Sequence record: DRR378314_166
Length of the DNA: 64,000 nt
Direction: 5' to 3' (one strand)
Made by a program: the position numbers and the translations under genes. The notes beneath the pieces are model-generated. The model saw only the letters and a list, made by a program, of their open reading frames with translations. It did no database searches and had not been told where the DNA came from. Below are positions 39,467 to 48,695 of this stretch, piece after piece (the first letter of the stretch is position 1; every line of letters starts with the position of its first letter).

Positions 39467-40501
39467 ATGAGATCTAGTCGTTTGAAGTCCATTATCGCCA
39501 CCGCCGTCGGCGCCGTGGTTGGGACAGTTGCATTGGCAACAGTATCTTCAGCAGCAGAACTGACTGTTTACACAGCAGTAGAAGCAGAAGATCTTAAGAA
39601 ATACGCGCAGCGGTTTAACGAAGAGAACCCAGATATCAAAATTAACTGGGTTCGCGATTCCACTGGTATTATTACAGCCAAACTTTTGGCGGAAAAAGAC
39701 AACCCACAGGCCGATATTGTCTGGGGTCTAGCAGCCACCAGTCTGATGCTGCTGAAACAGGAAGGCATGCTGGAAGGGTATTCACCAGAAGGCGTGGACA
39801 AACTGGATTCTAAATTCAAGGATAAGTCCAATCCAACGACTTGGACCGGTATGGATGCATGGGTTGCATCCGTCTGTGTTAATACGGTTGAGGCAGAAAA
39901 ACTTGGTTTGCCAATGCCTAAATCCTGGAAAGATCTGACTAAGCCTGTCTATGAAAATCAGGTGATCATGCCTAATCCAAACTCATCCGGTACAGGCTTC
40001 CTGGACGTTTCTTCCTGGTTGCAATTATTTGGTGAAGACGAAGGTTGGGCATATATGGATGCGCTGCATAAAAACATTGCTCGCTACACCCATTCAGGCT
40101 CCAAGCCTTGTAAACTGGCAGCTGCTGGTGAAATCCCGATCGGTGTTTCTTTTGCCTTCCGCGGCGCAAAATCCAAAGCCCAGGGTGCCCCATTGGAGAT
40201 CGTTGTCCCAAGTGAAGGTGTCGGATGGGATATGGAAGCGACAGCAATTGTTAAAGGAACAAAAAACCTGGAAGCTGCCAAAAAGCTTGCAGATTGGTCC
40301 GTTAGCAAAACAGCAAACGAAATGTATAACGAAGGGTATGCCGTTGTTGCTTATCCAGGCGTTGCAAAACCAGTGAAACATTTCCCTGATAACATTGCGT
40401 CTGCCATGATTGATAACAACTTTGAATGGGCTGCTTCCAATCGTAAGCAGATCCTTGCAGAGTGGCAGAAACGCTACGACTCAAAATCTGAAGCCAAATA
40501 A
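39467..40501 (+). CDS. 2-aminoethylphosphonate ABC transporter substrate-binding protein (AepX/PhnS2 type)
   Basis: Signal peptide; LTVYTA.E, WVRDSTG.ITAKLLAEK.NPQAD, MPNP.SSGTGFL and YTHSGSKPCK motifs. Confidence 0.92.
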   Translation: MRSSRLKSIIATAVGAVVGTVALATVSSAAELTVYTAVEAEDLKKYAQRFNEENPDIKINWVRDSTGIITAKLLAEKDNPQADIVWGLAATSLMLLKQEGMLEGYSPEGVDKLDSKFKDKSNPTTWTGMDAWVASVCVNTVEAEKLGLPMPKSWKDLTKPVYENQVIMPNPNSSGTGFLDVSSWLQLFGEDEGWAYMDALHKNIARYTHSGSKPCKLAAAGEIPIGVSFAFRGAKSKAQGAPLEIVVPSEGVGWDMEATAIVKGTKNLEAAKKLADWSVSKTANEMYNEGYAVVAYPGVAKPVKHFPDNIASAMIDNNFEWAASNRKQILAEWQKRYDSKSEAK

Positions 40502-40519
40502 AGTTTGGTGTTAAGTGTC

Positions 40520-40556
40520 AAGGCCTTCGCCTCTTCAACAGGCGGAGGCCTTTTTT
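40520..40556 (+). terminator. intra-operon hairpin with U tract after the binding-protein gene
   Basis: AAGGCCTTCGCCT-cttcaac-AGGCGGAGGCCTT followed by TTTT. Confidence 0.7.
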
Positions 40557-40602
40557 CCATGTCTATTGCGGTACCCCAGCCGTACATTAAAGAGTTAGTT
40601 TT

Positions 40603-41712
40603 ATGATGAGTGAAAATTCCGGCGGGACAGGCGACTCCTATCTTGAAGTTCGCAATGTCACCAAAAAGTTTGGCAGCTTTACCGCGCTAAAAGATATTTC
40701 ATTAGATGTTGAAGAAGGGGAGTTCGTTTGTTTTCTAGGGCCGTCTGGTTGCGGGAAAACAACATTGCTAAGAGCAATCGCCGGACTTGATATCCAAACG
40801 CATGGATCCGTTTTTCAAGCTGGCAAGGAAATTTCAAATCTACCCGCGTCGGAGCGGGATTTTGGGATTGTATTTCAATCTTATGCCTTATTTCCCAATT
40901 TAACTGTTAACGCGAATGTCGGGTATGGTCTGGTTAATGTGAAAACCGGATCTTCTACGATTAAAAGTAAAGTCGCCGAATTGCTGGAACTTGTTGGTCT
41001 TCCCGAGCAGGGAACGAAATATCCCTCCCAACTTTCCGGTGGTCAGCAGCAGCGGGTAGCCCTGGCCCGGGCATTGGCGATGTCGCCGGGACTGCTTTTG
41101 CTGGATGAACCGCTATCTGCATTGGATGCAAAAGTCCGTGTTCATTTGCGGCATGAAATGAAAGAGCTGCAGCGCCGGCTTGGCGTGACCACTGTAATGG
41201 TGACCCATGACCAGGAAGAAGCGCTGACCATGGCCGATCGAATTGTTGTCATGAATGACGGAGTCATTGAGCAGGTGGGGACACCAGAAGAGATTTACCG
41301 AAAACCGGCAAGCGCTTTTGTTGCTGAATTCGTCGGGACTATGAATTTTCTCAATGCGTCCAAAGGTTCAAATAGTGATATCACATTGGGCGATTATACA
41401 CTGACTTTGTGTGAAGAAGAGCAGCAGAAACTTGTGGGGAACAAGGTTTTGGTCTGCATCCGTCCAGAAGATATTGTGGTACGTGACGTTGGTGAAGCGA
41501 CCGAAAATGCCCTGAGAGTTACCGTGAAAGATATGGAGTTTCTAGGCTCTTTCTGGCGCGCGACACTGGATTATGGGGACAGCAGTTCTGAGATTTTGGC
41601 CGATTTTTCCATCAATCTGGTTCGCGATCATAATATCGACCGGGGAAGCGACGTATATATTTCCGTTCCCGCAGACTGCATCCACATATTTCCTGCAGGG
41701 GCCGCTTCATGA
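40603..41712 (+). CDS. AEP ABC transporter ATP-binding protein (PhnT2 type)
   Basis: GPSGCGKTT, VFQSYALFPNL, LSGGQQQRVALARA and LLLDEP motifs; C-terminal TOBE-like domain. Confidence 0.92.
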   Translation: MMSENSGGTGDSYLEVRNVTKKFGSFTALKDISLDVEEGEFVCFLGPSGCGKTTLLRAIAGLDIQTHGSVFQAGKEISNLPASERDFGIVFQSYALFPNLTVNANVGYGLVNVKTGSSTIKSKVAELLELVGLPEQGTKYPSQLSGGQQQRVALARALAMSPGLLLLDEPLSALDAKVRVHLRHEMKELQRRLGVTTVMVTHDQEEALTMADRIVVMNDGVIEQVGTPEEIYRKPASAFVAEFVGTMNFLNASKGSNSDITLGDYTLTLCEEEQQKLVGNKVLVCIRPEDIVVRDVGEATENALRVTVKDMEFLGSFWRATLDYGDSSSEILADFSINLVRDHNIDRGSDVYISVPADCIHIFPAGAAS

Positions 41713-43409
41713 CAGATCAGGTGATGCAACCCATACCGGAGGTGAAACCAAAACTCAGTCGTGACGATTGGGTCATGCGCGCGTTTATATTGGGGATTGG
41801 TGCTTGGTTGGTGGTGACCCTGTTGCTGCCGCTTTATGCCATGCTGTCCAAGAGTTTCCAGAACAAGGATGGCGAATTTATAGGGTTGAGCAACTATGTC
41901 GACTATTTTTCGACGCCGGCGTTGTTCAATAGTATCGAAAATAGTTTTTTCATTGCGATCCTTTCGACCATCATCACAATTTCACTGGCATCGGTTTTTG
42001 CCTTTATTCTTTCCCGCTCAACAATTCCTTTTAAGGGTGTTTTCAGGGGGATTGCATTGCTGCCCTTATTGGCGCCATCACTGCTTCCCGGCATTTCCTT
42101 TGTGTATTGGTTCGGCCGGCAGGGTGTTTTAAAAGATGTGCTGGGTGATGCCAGCATTTATGGCCCAATAGGCATTGTGATGGGGGAAGTATTCTACACA
42201 TTCCCACATGCCTTGATGATTTTGATTGCCGCTTTTTCCATCGCCGATGCCCGTCTTTTTGAAGCGGCAGATGTTCTGAGGACTGGTCGGATCAGAACCT
42301 TTTTCACAGTGACATTGCCGGGGATCAAATATGGTCTGATCAGCGCTATTTTCGTTGTTTTCACACTTGTCATCACCGATTTCGGTATCCCGAAGGTTAT
42401 TGGCGGGCAATATAACGTACTGGCAACCGATATCTATAAACAGGTTATTGGTCAGCAAAATTTTGAAATGGGCGCCGTTGTGAGTGTGGTCCTGCTGATG
42501 CCGGCGATCGCTGCCTTTGTGGTTGACCGGGTTGTCCAACGCAAACAAGTGGCGATGCTGACAGCACGGGCAGTTCCGTATGAGCCGAAACCTCATTTTT
42601 GCCTGAATACAGCTTTTTTCGTTTATTGTTGTCTTATTGGTGTTCTGATTATCGGCATTATCGGGATGGCAGGGTATGCGTCTTTTGTGACTTTCTGGCC
42701 TTATAATCTTGAGCTGTCTTTGAAGAACTATAATTTTGACATTATGGATGGTGGGGGTTGGGATTCATTTTATAATTCCCTGAAAATGGCCACCTATAGC
42801 GCAATTTTCGGCACCATTATCATCTTTACCGGCGCTTATATGGTGGAAAAAGCCAAAGGATTTAGGGGCGTGCGGGCCGTTATTCAATTCCTTTGCATGA
42901 TCCCAATGGCGGTGCCGGGAATGGTTCTGGGTCTTGCGTATATTTTCTTCTTTAATCATCCGGATAATCCGCTGGGCTTTATCTATGGGACAATGCCTAT
43001 TCTGGTGATTGTAACGATTGCCCATTTCTACACGGTCAGTCATTTGACATCGATGACGGCGCTTAAGCAAATGGATCCGGAATTTGAAACGGTATCAGCC
43101 TCGTTGAAGGTGCCGTTTTATAAAACATTTCTTCGGGTGACCGTACCAGTGTGCCTGCCGGCCGTTTTGGATGTGTCCATCTATCTGTTTGTGAATGCGA
43201 TGACAACAGTTTCAGCGGTAATTTTCCTGTACTCTTCCGATACGTCATTGGCCTCCATTGCGGCCTTGAATATGGATGATGCCGGGGATGTGGCACCTGC
43301 TGCGGCCATGTGTATGGTTATCGTCGCAACATCGGCAACCGTTCGCGTGCTGCACGCAATCCTATCCAGAGGCTTACAGACGCGCACGCAAGCCTGGAGG
43401 AAAAGATGA
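41709..43409 (+). CDS. AEP ABC transporter fused permease (PhnU2 type)
   Basis: Two permease halves; LAPSLLP, YTFPHAL, TDFG.PKVIGG and AMTTVSAVIFLY...MD.AG motifs. Confidence 0.92.
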   Translation: MTDQVMQPIPEVKPKLSRDDWVMRAFILGIGAWLVVTLLLPLYAMLSKSFQNKDGEFIGLSNYVDYFSTPALFNSIENSFFIAILSTIITISLASVFAFILSRSTIPFKGVFRGIALLPLLAPSLLPGISFVYWFGRQGVLKDVLGDASIYGPIGIVMGEVFYTFPHALMILIAAFSIADARLFEAADVLRTGRIRTFFTVTLPGIKYGLISAIFVVFTLVITDFGIPKVIGGQYNVLATDIYKQVIGQQNFEMGAVVSVVLLMPAIAAFVVDRVVQRKQVAMLTARAVPYEPKPHFCLNTAFFVYCCLIGVLIIGIIGMAGYASFVTFWPYNLELSLKNYNFDIMDGGGWDSFYNSLKMATYSAIFGTIIIFTGAYMVEKAKGFRGVRAVIQFLCMIPMAVPGMVLGLAYIFFFNHPDNPLGFIYGTMPILVIVTIAHFYTVSHLTSMTALKQMDPEFETVSASLKVPFYKTFLRVTVPVCLPAVLDVSIYLFVNAMTTVSAVIFLYSSDTSLASIAALNMDDAGDVAPAAAMCMVIVATSATVRVLHAILSRGLQTRTQAWRKR

Positions 43410-44791
43410 CATCCGGCCCCGGTCGTCCGCATCAGTCAGAAGGGGACGTCAATTTCTCCGCCCGGCGGCAGGAATGGGCTGAGCAAAATATTGATGAAGT
43501 ATCGCGACATTTGCTGGAACGGGATGCTAAGTCATTTTTGCACCAGTCGGTTTCAACTCCCTGCCTGAATACAATTTCAAGGGCAGAGGGGGCTTATATC
43601 TATGACGGGCAGGGGCGCAAGCTTTTGGATTTTCATGGAAATAATGTCCATCATATCGGGTACGGTCATCCCAAGCTGAAGGAAGCGATTACCCGGCAGA
43701 TGAATGATCTTCCCTTTTCGCCTCGTCGGTTTACCTGTCAGCCGGCGGTCGAGCTTGCAGAAAAATTGGCTGATGTCTCACCGGGCGATTTGTCCAAGGT
43801 CCTGTATGCGACCGGGGGGTCGGATGCGATTGAAATGGCGCTGAAGGTTGCCCGTGCCAAGACGGGCCGCTTTAAGACCATATCTTTTTGGGATGCGTTT
43901 CACGGAGCTGGTTTTGGTGCGTCCAGCATTGGCGGCGAACAGCTTTTCAGGGGGCAGGCCATTGGCCCGCTGTTACCCGGAACAGAGCATGTGGCCCCTT
44001 ACGCCTGTTACCGATGCCCCTATGGGTATGAGGTGGATGCTGAAGGGCAGCCGGATCTTCAAACCTGTAAAATGACCTGTGCAAATATGGTTCGGTATGT
44101 TTTGCAGAAGGAAGGGAATGTCGCCGCAGTGATTGCCGAACCGGCACGCGCGGTCCCGTACACCCCGCCACCAGGATTTTGGAAGGAAGTGCGTCAGGCC
44201 TGTAATGAGGCGGGTGCATTGCTGATTTTTGATGAGATCCCAACCGGGTTGGGTAAAACAGGTCGGTTCTTCGCTTGCGATCATGATGAGGTTGTTCCCG
44301 ATATTCTGGTTATGGGAAAAGCGCTGGGCGGCGGAATTTTGCCAATTGCTGCCACCTTGTGCCATCCGGATCTGGATGTATTGGGGGACTATGCCATCGG
44401 TCATTACACGCATGAGAAAAACCCGGTTACAACCCGTGCTGCGCTGACCACAATAGAGATTATTGAGGAAGAAGGTCTGGTTGAGAATGCCGCGGAGGTG
44501 GGCGACTATGCGCTGGAGCGGATGCAGGATATGAAGGGTCGATATTCCCTTGTTGGGGATGTGCGGGGACGGGGATTCTTGCTGGGTATGGAACTGGTTG
44601 CGGACCCGGAAACCAAAGAGCCTGCATCTGATGCAGCAGAAGAAATCCTTTATAAATCAATTGACGCGGGACTGAGCTTCAAAACAACGATGGGTAATGT
44701 TCTAACCTTTACACCCGCACTGGTAACCACCATGGCTGAAATGGAATTTGCCATGGATGTGATCGAAAATTCTGTTCGTGAACTGTCTTAG
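43406..44791 (+). CDS. pbfA: (R)-1-hydroxy-2-aminoethylphosphonate ammonia-lyase (class III PLP enzyme)
   Basis: SEGD.N, FLHQS.STPCL, DFHGNNVH..GYGHP, WD.FHGA, FDEIP.GLG and GHYTHEKNP motifs. ATG overlaps the permease stop; AEP context. Confidence 0.85.
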   Translation: MTSGPGRPHQSEGDVNFSARRQEWAEQNIDEVSRHLLERDAKSFLHQSVSTPCLNTISRAEGAYIYDGQGRKLLDFHGNNVHHIGYGHPKLKEAITRQMNDLPFSPRRFTCQPAVELAEKLADVSPGDLSKVLYATGGSDAIEMALKVARAKTGRFKTISFWDAFHGAGFGASSIGGEQLFRGQAIGPLLPGTEHVAPYACYRCPYGYEVDAEGQPDLQTCKMTCANMVRYVLQKEGNVAAVIAEPARAVPYTPPPGFWKEVRQACNEAGALLIFDEIPTGLGKTGRFFACDHDEVVPDILVMGKALGGGILPIAATLCHPDLDVLGDYAIGHYTHEKNPVTTRAALTTIEIIEEEGLVENAAEVGDYALERMQDMKGRYSLVGDVRGRGFLLGMELVADPETKEPASDAAEEILYKSIDAGLSFKTTMGNVLTFTPALVTTMAEMEFAMDVIENSVRELS

Positions 44792-44797
44792 TAATTC

Positions 44798-44864
44798 ATA
44801 ATTTAAACTTATAAATTAGATCAAAAATAGCAATTTGACTTATTTATGTGTTGGGCGCCATATA
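44798..44864 (+). promoter_or_regulatory. LysR-type box and probable internal promoter for phnW
   Basis: ATAA-TTTAAAC-TTAT (T-N11-A dyad), then TTGACT and GCCATATA at sigma70-like spacing. Confidence 0.5.
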
Positions 44865-44905
44865 GCCAAAATATCGGGTTTACCTTTCAATCAAGGAGCA
44901 GAAGG

Positions 44906-46090
44906 ATGAGCAGTCATTCTGTGGCGAAAATGGAATATCAGACATCTGAGGGCACATTTGAGATAGGGGCAGAGCCCTACCTGTTGACCCCGGGGCCGTT
45001 GACAACAGCCGCAACAACCAAGGCCGCCATGATGAAGGACTGGGGATCCTGGGACGATGATTTCAAAGCTGTCACCGCAGAGATCCGGAGCCGACTGATT
45101 GCCATGTGCGGCGGTGAAGATGAGTATGATTGCGTTCCCATGCAGGGCAGCGGTACTTTTTCTGTAGAAGCTGCCGTTGCATCTTTTATTCCCAAAGAGG
45201 GAAAAGCACTGGTTCTGATGAACGGTGCTTATGGTGCCCGCGCGTCTAAAATACTGAATTATATTGGTCGGGATTACATAACCCTGGACAAAGGGGACTA
45301 TCTGCCACCGATGCCCGAAGAGGTCGCGGTTATTCTGGCAGATAATCCTGATGTAACTCATGTCGTGGCAATCCACTGCGAGACCAGTTCCGGAATTCTC
45401 AATCCGTTGAAAGGCATTTCCGATGTCGTCGCGGCGGCAGGGCGGAAACTAATCGTCGATAGCATGAGCGCTTTTGGCGCTTTGCCCGTCGAGGTTTCTG
45501 AAATCCCATTTGAAGCGCTTGTTTCATCCGCGAATAAATGTATTGAGGGTGTGCCGGGCTTTGGATTTGTGTTGGCCAAAAAATCAGCATTAGAGGCGGC
45601 CAATGGAAATAGTCACTCGCTTAGTCTAGACCTTCATGATCAGTGGTCATATATGAACACCACCGGGCAGTGGCGCTTTACGCCGCCAACCCACACAGTC
45701 GTCGCTTTCTTGGAAGCGCTTCGCTTGCATGAAGCCGAGGGGGGCGTTCCCGGCCGGAATGCGCGTTATTTTTCAAATAGAGATATTTTAGTTTCAGGTA
45801 TGCGTCGTATGGGTTTCGAAACTCTCTTGGAAGATGAGTGGTTATCGCCTATTATCACAACATTCTTTAGTCCGCGTGATCAAAATTTCGAATTCAACCG
45901 ATTTTACCAAGAGATCAAATCACGTGGGTTCATCATATACCCTGGCAAACTGACAGTCGCGGACAGCTTTCGTGTAGGGTGCATCGGTGCATTGGACGCA
46001 ACAGTGATGAAAGGTGTCCTCAAGGCCGTTGAAGAAAGCTGCGCAGTGATGGGAGTAACCGAATTTGGGCCTCCCGATGGAGTGAAATAG
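44906..46090 (+). CDS. phnW: 2-aminoethylphosphonate:pyruvate transaminase
   Basis: YLLTPGPLTT, DWGSWD, QGSGT, HCET.SGILNPL, SSANKCIEG.PG, QWRFTPPT and IYPGK motifs. Start ATG 44906. Confidence 0.96.
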   Translation: MSSHSVAKMEYQTSEGTFEIGAEPYLLTPGPLTTAATTKAAMMKDWGSWDDDFKAVTAEIRSRLIAMCGGEDEYDCVPMQGSGTFSVEAAVASFIPKEGKALVLMNGAYGARASKILNYIGRDYITLDKGDYLPPMPEEVAVILADNPDVTHVVAIHCETSSGILNPLKGISDVVAAAGRKLIVDSMSAFGALPVEVSEIPFEALVSSANKCIEGVPGFGFVLAKKSALEAANGNSHSLSLDLHDQWSYMNTTGQWRFTPPTHTVVAFLEALRLHEAEGGVPGRNARYFSNRDILVSGMRRMGFETLLEDEWLSPIITTFFSPRDQNFEFNRFYQEIKSRGFIIYPGKLTVADSFRVGCIGALDATVMKGVLKAVEESCAVMGVTEFGPPDGVK

Positions 46091-46097
46091 AACTAAA

Positions 46098-47804
46098 TTG
46101 CATGCAACAACAGTATTAATAAGTTTGTTTGGTGGCGTGGCCCTGCTTTTATGGGGCTTGCGGATGGTCAATACCGGCGTCACCCGGGCTTACGGACGAG
46201 AGCTTGGAAAAATTCTCAACTTCAGCCTGAAGAACCGGTTTAATTCGTTTTTTGGGGGCCTTGGGGTCACCATGTTGTTGCAAAGCAGTACTGCAACGGC
46301 GCTTTTGACAGCGTCATTTGCCGGCCGGGGGTTGGTGACCGCTTCTGCCGGTATCGCTGTTATGCTGGGAGCGGATGTAGGGACAACCCTCGTCGCTCAA
46401 ATTCTAAGCTTCGATCTTTCCTGGTTAGCCCCCGTTCTGTTGTTCCTGGGCTTCATCCGGCATTCTACCGCAAAATCCACACGGGCGAAAAATATGGGCC
46501 GGATCATGCTTGGTCTGGGAATGATGCTGACAGCCTTAAAACTACTGGTAGCGGCATCTGAGCCAATTCGCGATTCCGCTGTGGCCCAGTTTATTTTCAG
46601 CTCCCTAAGCGGGGAGCCGGTCATGACGGTTTTGATCGGTGGATTGCTCACCTTTGTTGCGCATTCCAGCTTGGCGACAGTTTTATTTATCCTCACCTTG
46701 GTGAAAACCGGCGGTATTCCGATGGATGTGGCTTTTGCCATGATCCTTGGGGCAAATTTGGGCGGCGCTCTTCCGCCGATATTGGCGACGTTGAATGCGG
46801 ATGCCGCATCGCGGCGCCCTCCGCTTGGGAATCTGATCTGCCGGCTCACTGCAGTGATTATGGTTCTGCCTTTTCTGGCATTGGTACAGGAAGAGGTTGC
46901 CCGGCTGAGCCCTGATATCACTCGTCAGGTGGTCAATTTTCATACCTTTTTTAATCTGGGGCTGGCAGCTTTCTTCATATTGCTGACGGGTCCGTTGGGG
47001 CGCCTAACAGAGTTGCTGGCACCAGAACGTTCGATTTCAGACAATAATGCACCCGCACCTATTCATCTGGATCGTGCCGCCCTCGAAAGCCCGCAATTGG
47101 CGATTGCCAATGCCACCCGCGATACGTTACGGCTTGGGGATGTGGTGGAACAAATGTTTCGCAACTATCAGGTGGCTTTCGAGAAAAATGATCCTCAGCT
47201 TTTGGAAAAGGTGCGCGAAGCAGACGAGAGCATCAAGGATTTTAACGCTGGAATTAAAAGCTACCTAACAGAGCTTGGCCGCGAAAGCCTGGAAGAAGAA
47301 GATGAAGCCAGGTGTACGGAAATCATGACGTTCACGACCAATATGGAAAATATTGGGAATATTGTGGTGCTGAACATGTCAGAGCTTTTGGAACGAAGTC
47401 AGGTAGATCAGGTTGTTTTTTCCAAGGAAGATATCGATGATCACCGCAAATTATTCGAAATGCTCCTCGCCAATCTGAAACTTTCCTTTACGGTTTTTCT
47501 AACGCAGGAAGTCAAACAGGCAAATACATTGCTTTCCGGAAAGCAGGCACTGCGTGCGCAGGAACAAAATGCGGTGAATTCCCATCTCCGCCGATTGCGT
47601 TTGGGGCCGGGCATGGATGAAATGTCCAGTGGGTTGCATCTGGGCCTTCTGAGTGATTTGCGCCGGATCAATTCGATGATTACCGTTGTTGCCTACCCTG
47701 TACTGGCAAGAGAAGAGCAGAAAAAGAAGTCAACATTTCAAAAAAGTGAAATGAAAAAGAAAGATAAATCGAAGAAAAAGTTAAAACCGGATCATAGATT
47801 TTGA
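46098..47804 (+). CDS. Na+/Pi cotransporter family protein with PhoU-like domain (YjbB type)
   Basis: LLQSSTAT, MLGADVGT, HSS.A, LGANLG and N.HT.FN motifs, then a PhoU-like helical C-terminus. TTG start 7 bp after phnW. Confidence 0.9.
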   Translation: MHATTVLISLFGGVALLLWGLRMVNTGVTRAYGRELGKILNFSLKNRFNSFFGGLGVTMLLQSSTATALLTASFAGRGLVTASAGIAVMLGADVGTTLVAQILSFDLSWLAPVLLFLGFIRHSTAKSTRAKNMGRIMLGLGMMLTALKLLVAASEPIRDSAVAQFIFSSLSGEPVMTVLIGGLLTFVAHSSLATVLFILTLVKTGGIPMDVAFAMILGANLGGALPPILATLNADAASRRPPLGNLICRLTAVIMVLPFLALVQEEVARLSPDITRQVVNFHTFFNLGLAAFFILLTGPLGRLTELLAPERSISDNNAPAPIHLDRAALESPQLAIANATRDTLRLGDVVEQMFRNYQVAFEKNDPQLLEKVREADESIKDFNAGIKSYLTELGRESLEEEDEARCTEIMTFTTNMENIGNIVVLNMSELLERSQVDQVVFSKEDIDDHRKLFEMLLANLKLSFTVFLTQEVKQANTLLSGKQALRAQEQNAVNSHLRRLRLGPGMDEMSSGLHLGLLSDLRRINSMITVVAYPVLAREEQKKKSTFQKSEMKKKDKSKKKLKPDHRF

Positions 47805-47813
47805 GGCAGGGGG

Positions 47814-48683
47814 ATGAGCTCTAGCGAGTTAGAGATTCAGTCTTTAACGATTGGATATGCAGGGCAACTATTGGCTCTGTCCCGGTCATTGGAGTGGGAT
47901 TTCACCCTGAAATACTGGCAGGTTCTGTTGAGCACCGGGGAGGTTATCGGGTGCCTTTCAGGTGACGGTAAGCTCATTGGGACAGCCTCTTTCATTCGAT
48001 ATTCAGACACACATTGCTTTATCGGGGCGGTAATCGTTGCACAGTCCATGCAAGGACAGGGTGTTGGTAAGCTATTGATGTCAGAACTGAATCGCCGCAT
48101 AGGCAAATTCAATTTACCAGCAAAACTGATATCAACCGAAGAAGGGTTCCCGTTATATCAAAAGCTGGGTTTTGAGACGGTCGATTATTGCACTAAAATG
48201 GTGTGCGCCGCGAATATAGAGAAACCGGCACTGCCCGATTTGGCAGGGGTGACGATCAAACCTTTGAGCGGGGCATGCATGCCGAAGCTTCTGGAGTTTG
48301 ATGCAGCTTGTTTTCAGGCGGATCGAACACATGTCTTGAGTGCCTTGGTGCAGGCCGGGTATGCGGGGATCATGGCAGTGGATCGTCAAACCGACCAGAC
48401 CTTAGGTTTTGCCATAATGATTGATCGCGGTGAGCATCTCTGCATTGGTCCGGTGGTGGCAAAGACAGAGGCGTTGGCTTTGGCGCTTGTGCAGGTGATG
48501 ATCTACGGACAAACCAGATCCGTCCGGGTGGATAGCCTGTCTGATAAGGTATCTTTTCGACGCGAGCTAAAGCGTTTGGGGTTTGATGAGGAGGCAACCT
48601 CACCTCTGATGATGCGGGGCGGTGGCCCCCCGCATCGATCTGCAGAAACTGTCTTTGGGATTGTGACCCAGGCGATCGGTTAA
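47814..48683 (+). CDS. tandem GNAT N-acetyltransferase (YitH-like)
   Basis: Acetyl-CoA motif QGQGVGK.L, G.PLYQKLGF, and a second domain with D...F..DR and IGPVVA. Confidence 0.85.
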   Translation: MSSSELEIQSLTIGYAGQLLALSRSLEWDFTLKYWQVLLSTGEVIGCLSGDGKLIGTASFIRYSDTHCFIGAVIVAQSMQGQGVGKLLMSELNRRIGKFNLPAKLISTEEGFPLYQKLGFETVDYCTKMVCAANIEKPALPDLAGVTIKPLSGACMPKLLEFDAACFQADRTHVLSALVQAGYAGIMAVDRQTDQTLGFAIMIDRGEHLCIGPVVAKTEALALALVQVMIYGQTRSVRVDSLSDKVSFRRELKRLGFDEEATSPLMMRGGGPPHRSAETVFGIVTQAIG

Positions 48684-48695
48684 TAAACCTTCTGC

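Noticed and set aside
43406-44791. Generic 4-aminobutyrate or taurine aminotransferase
   Set aside because: The HQS.STPC, DFHGNNVH and GHYTHEK motifs and coupling to the AEP permease fit PbfA better.
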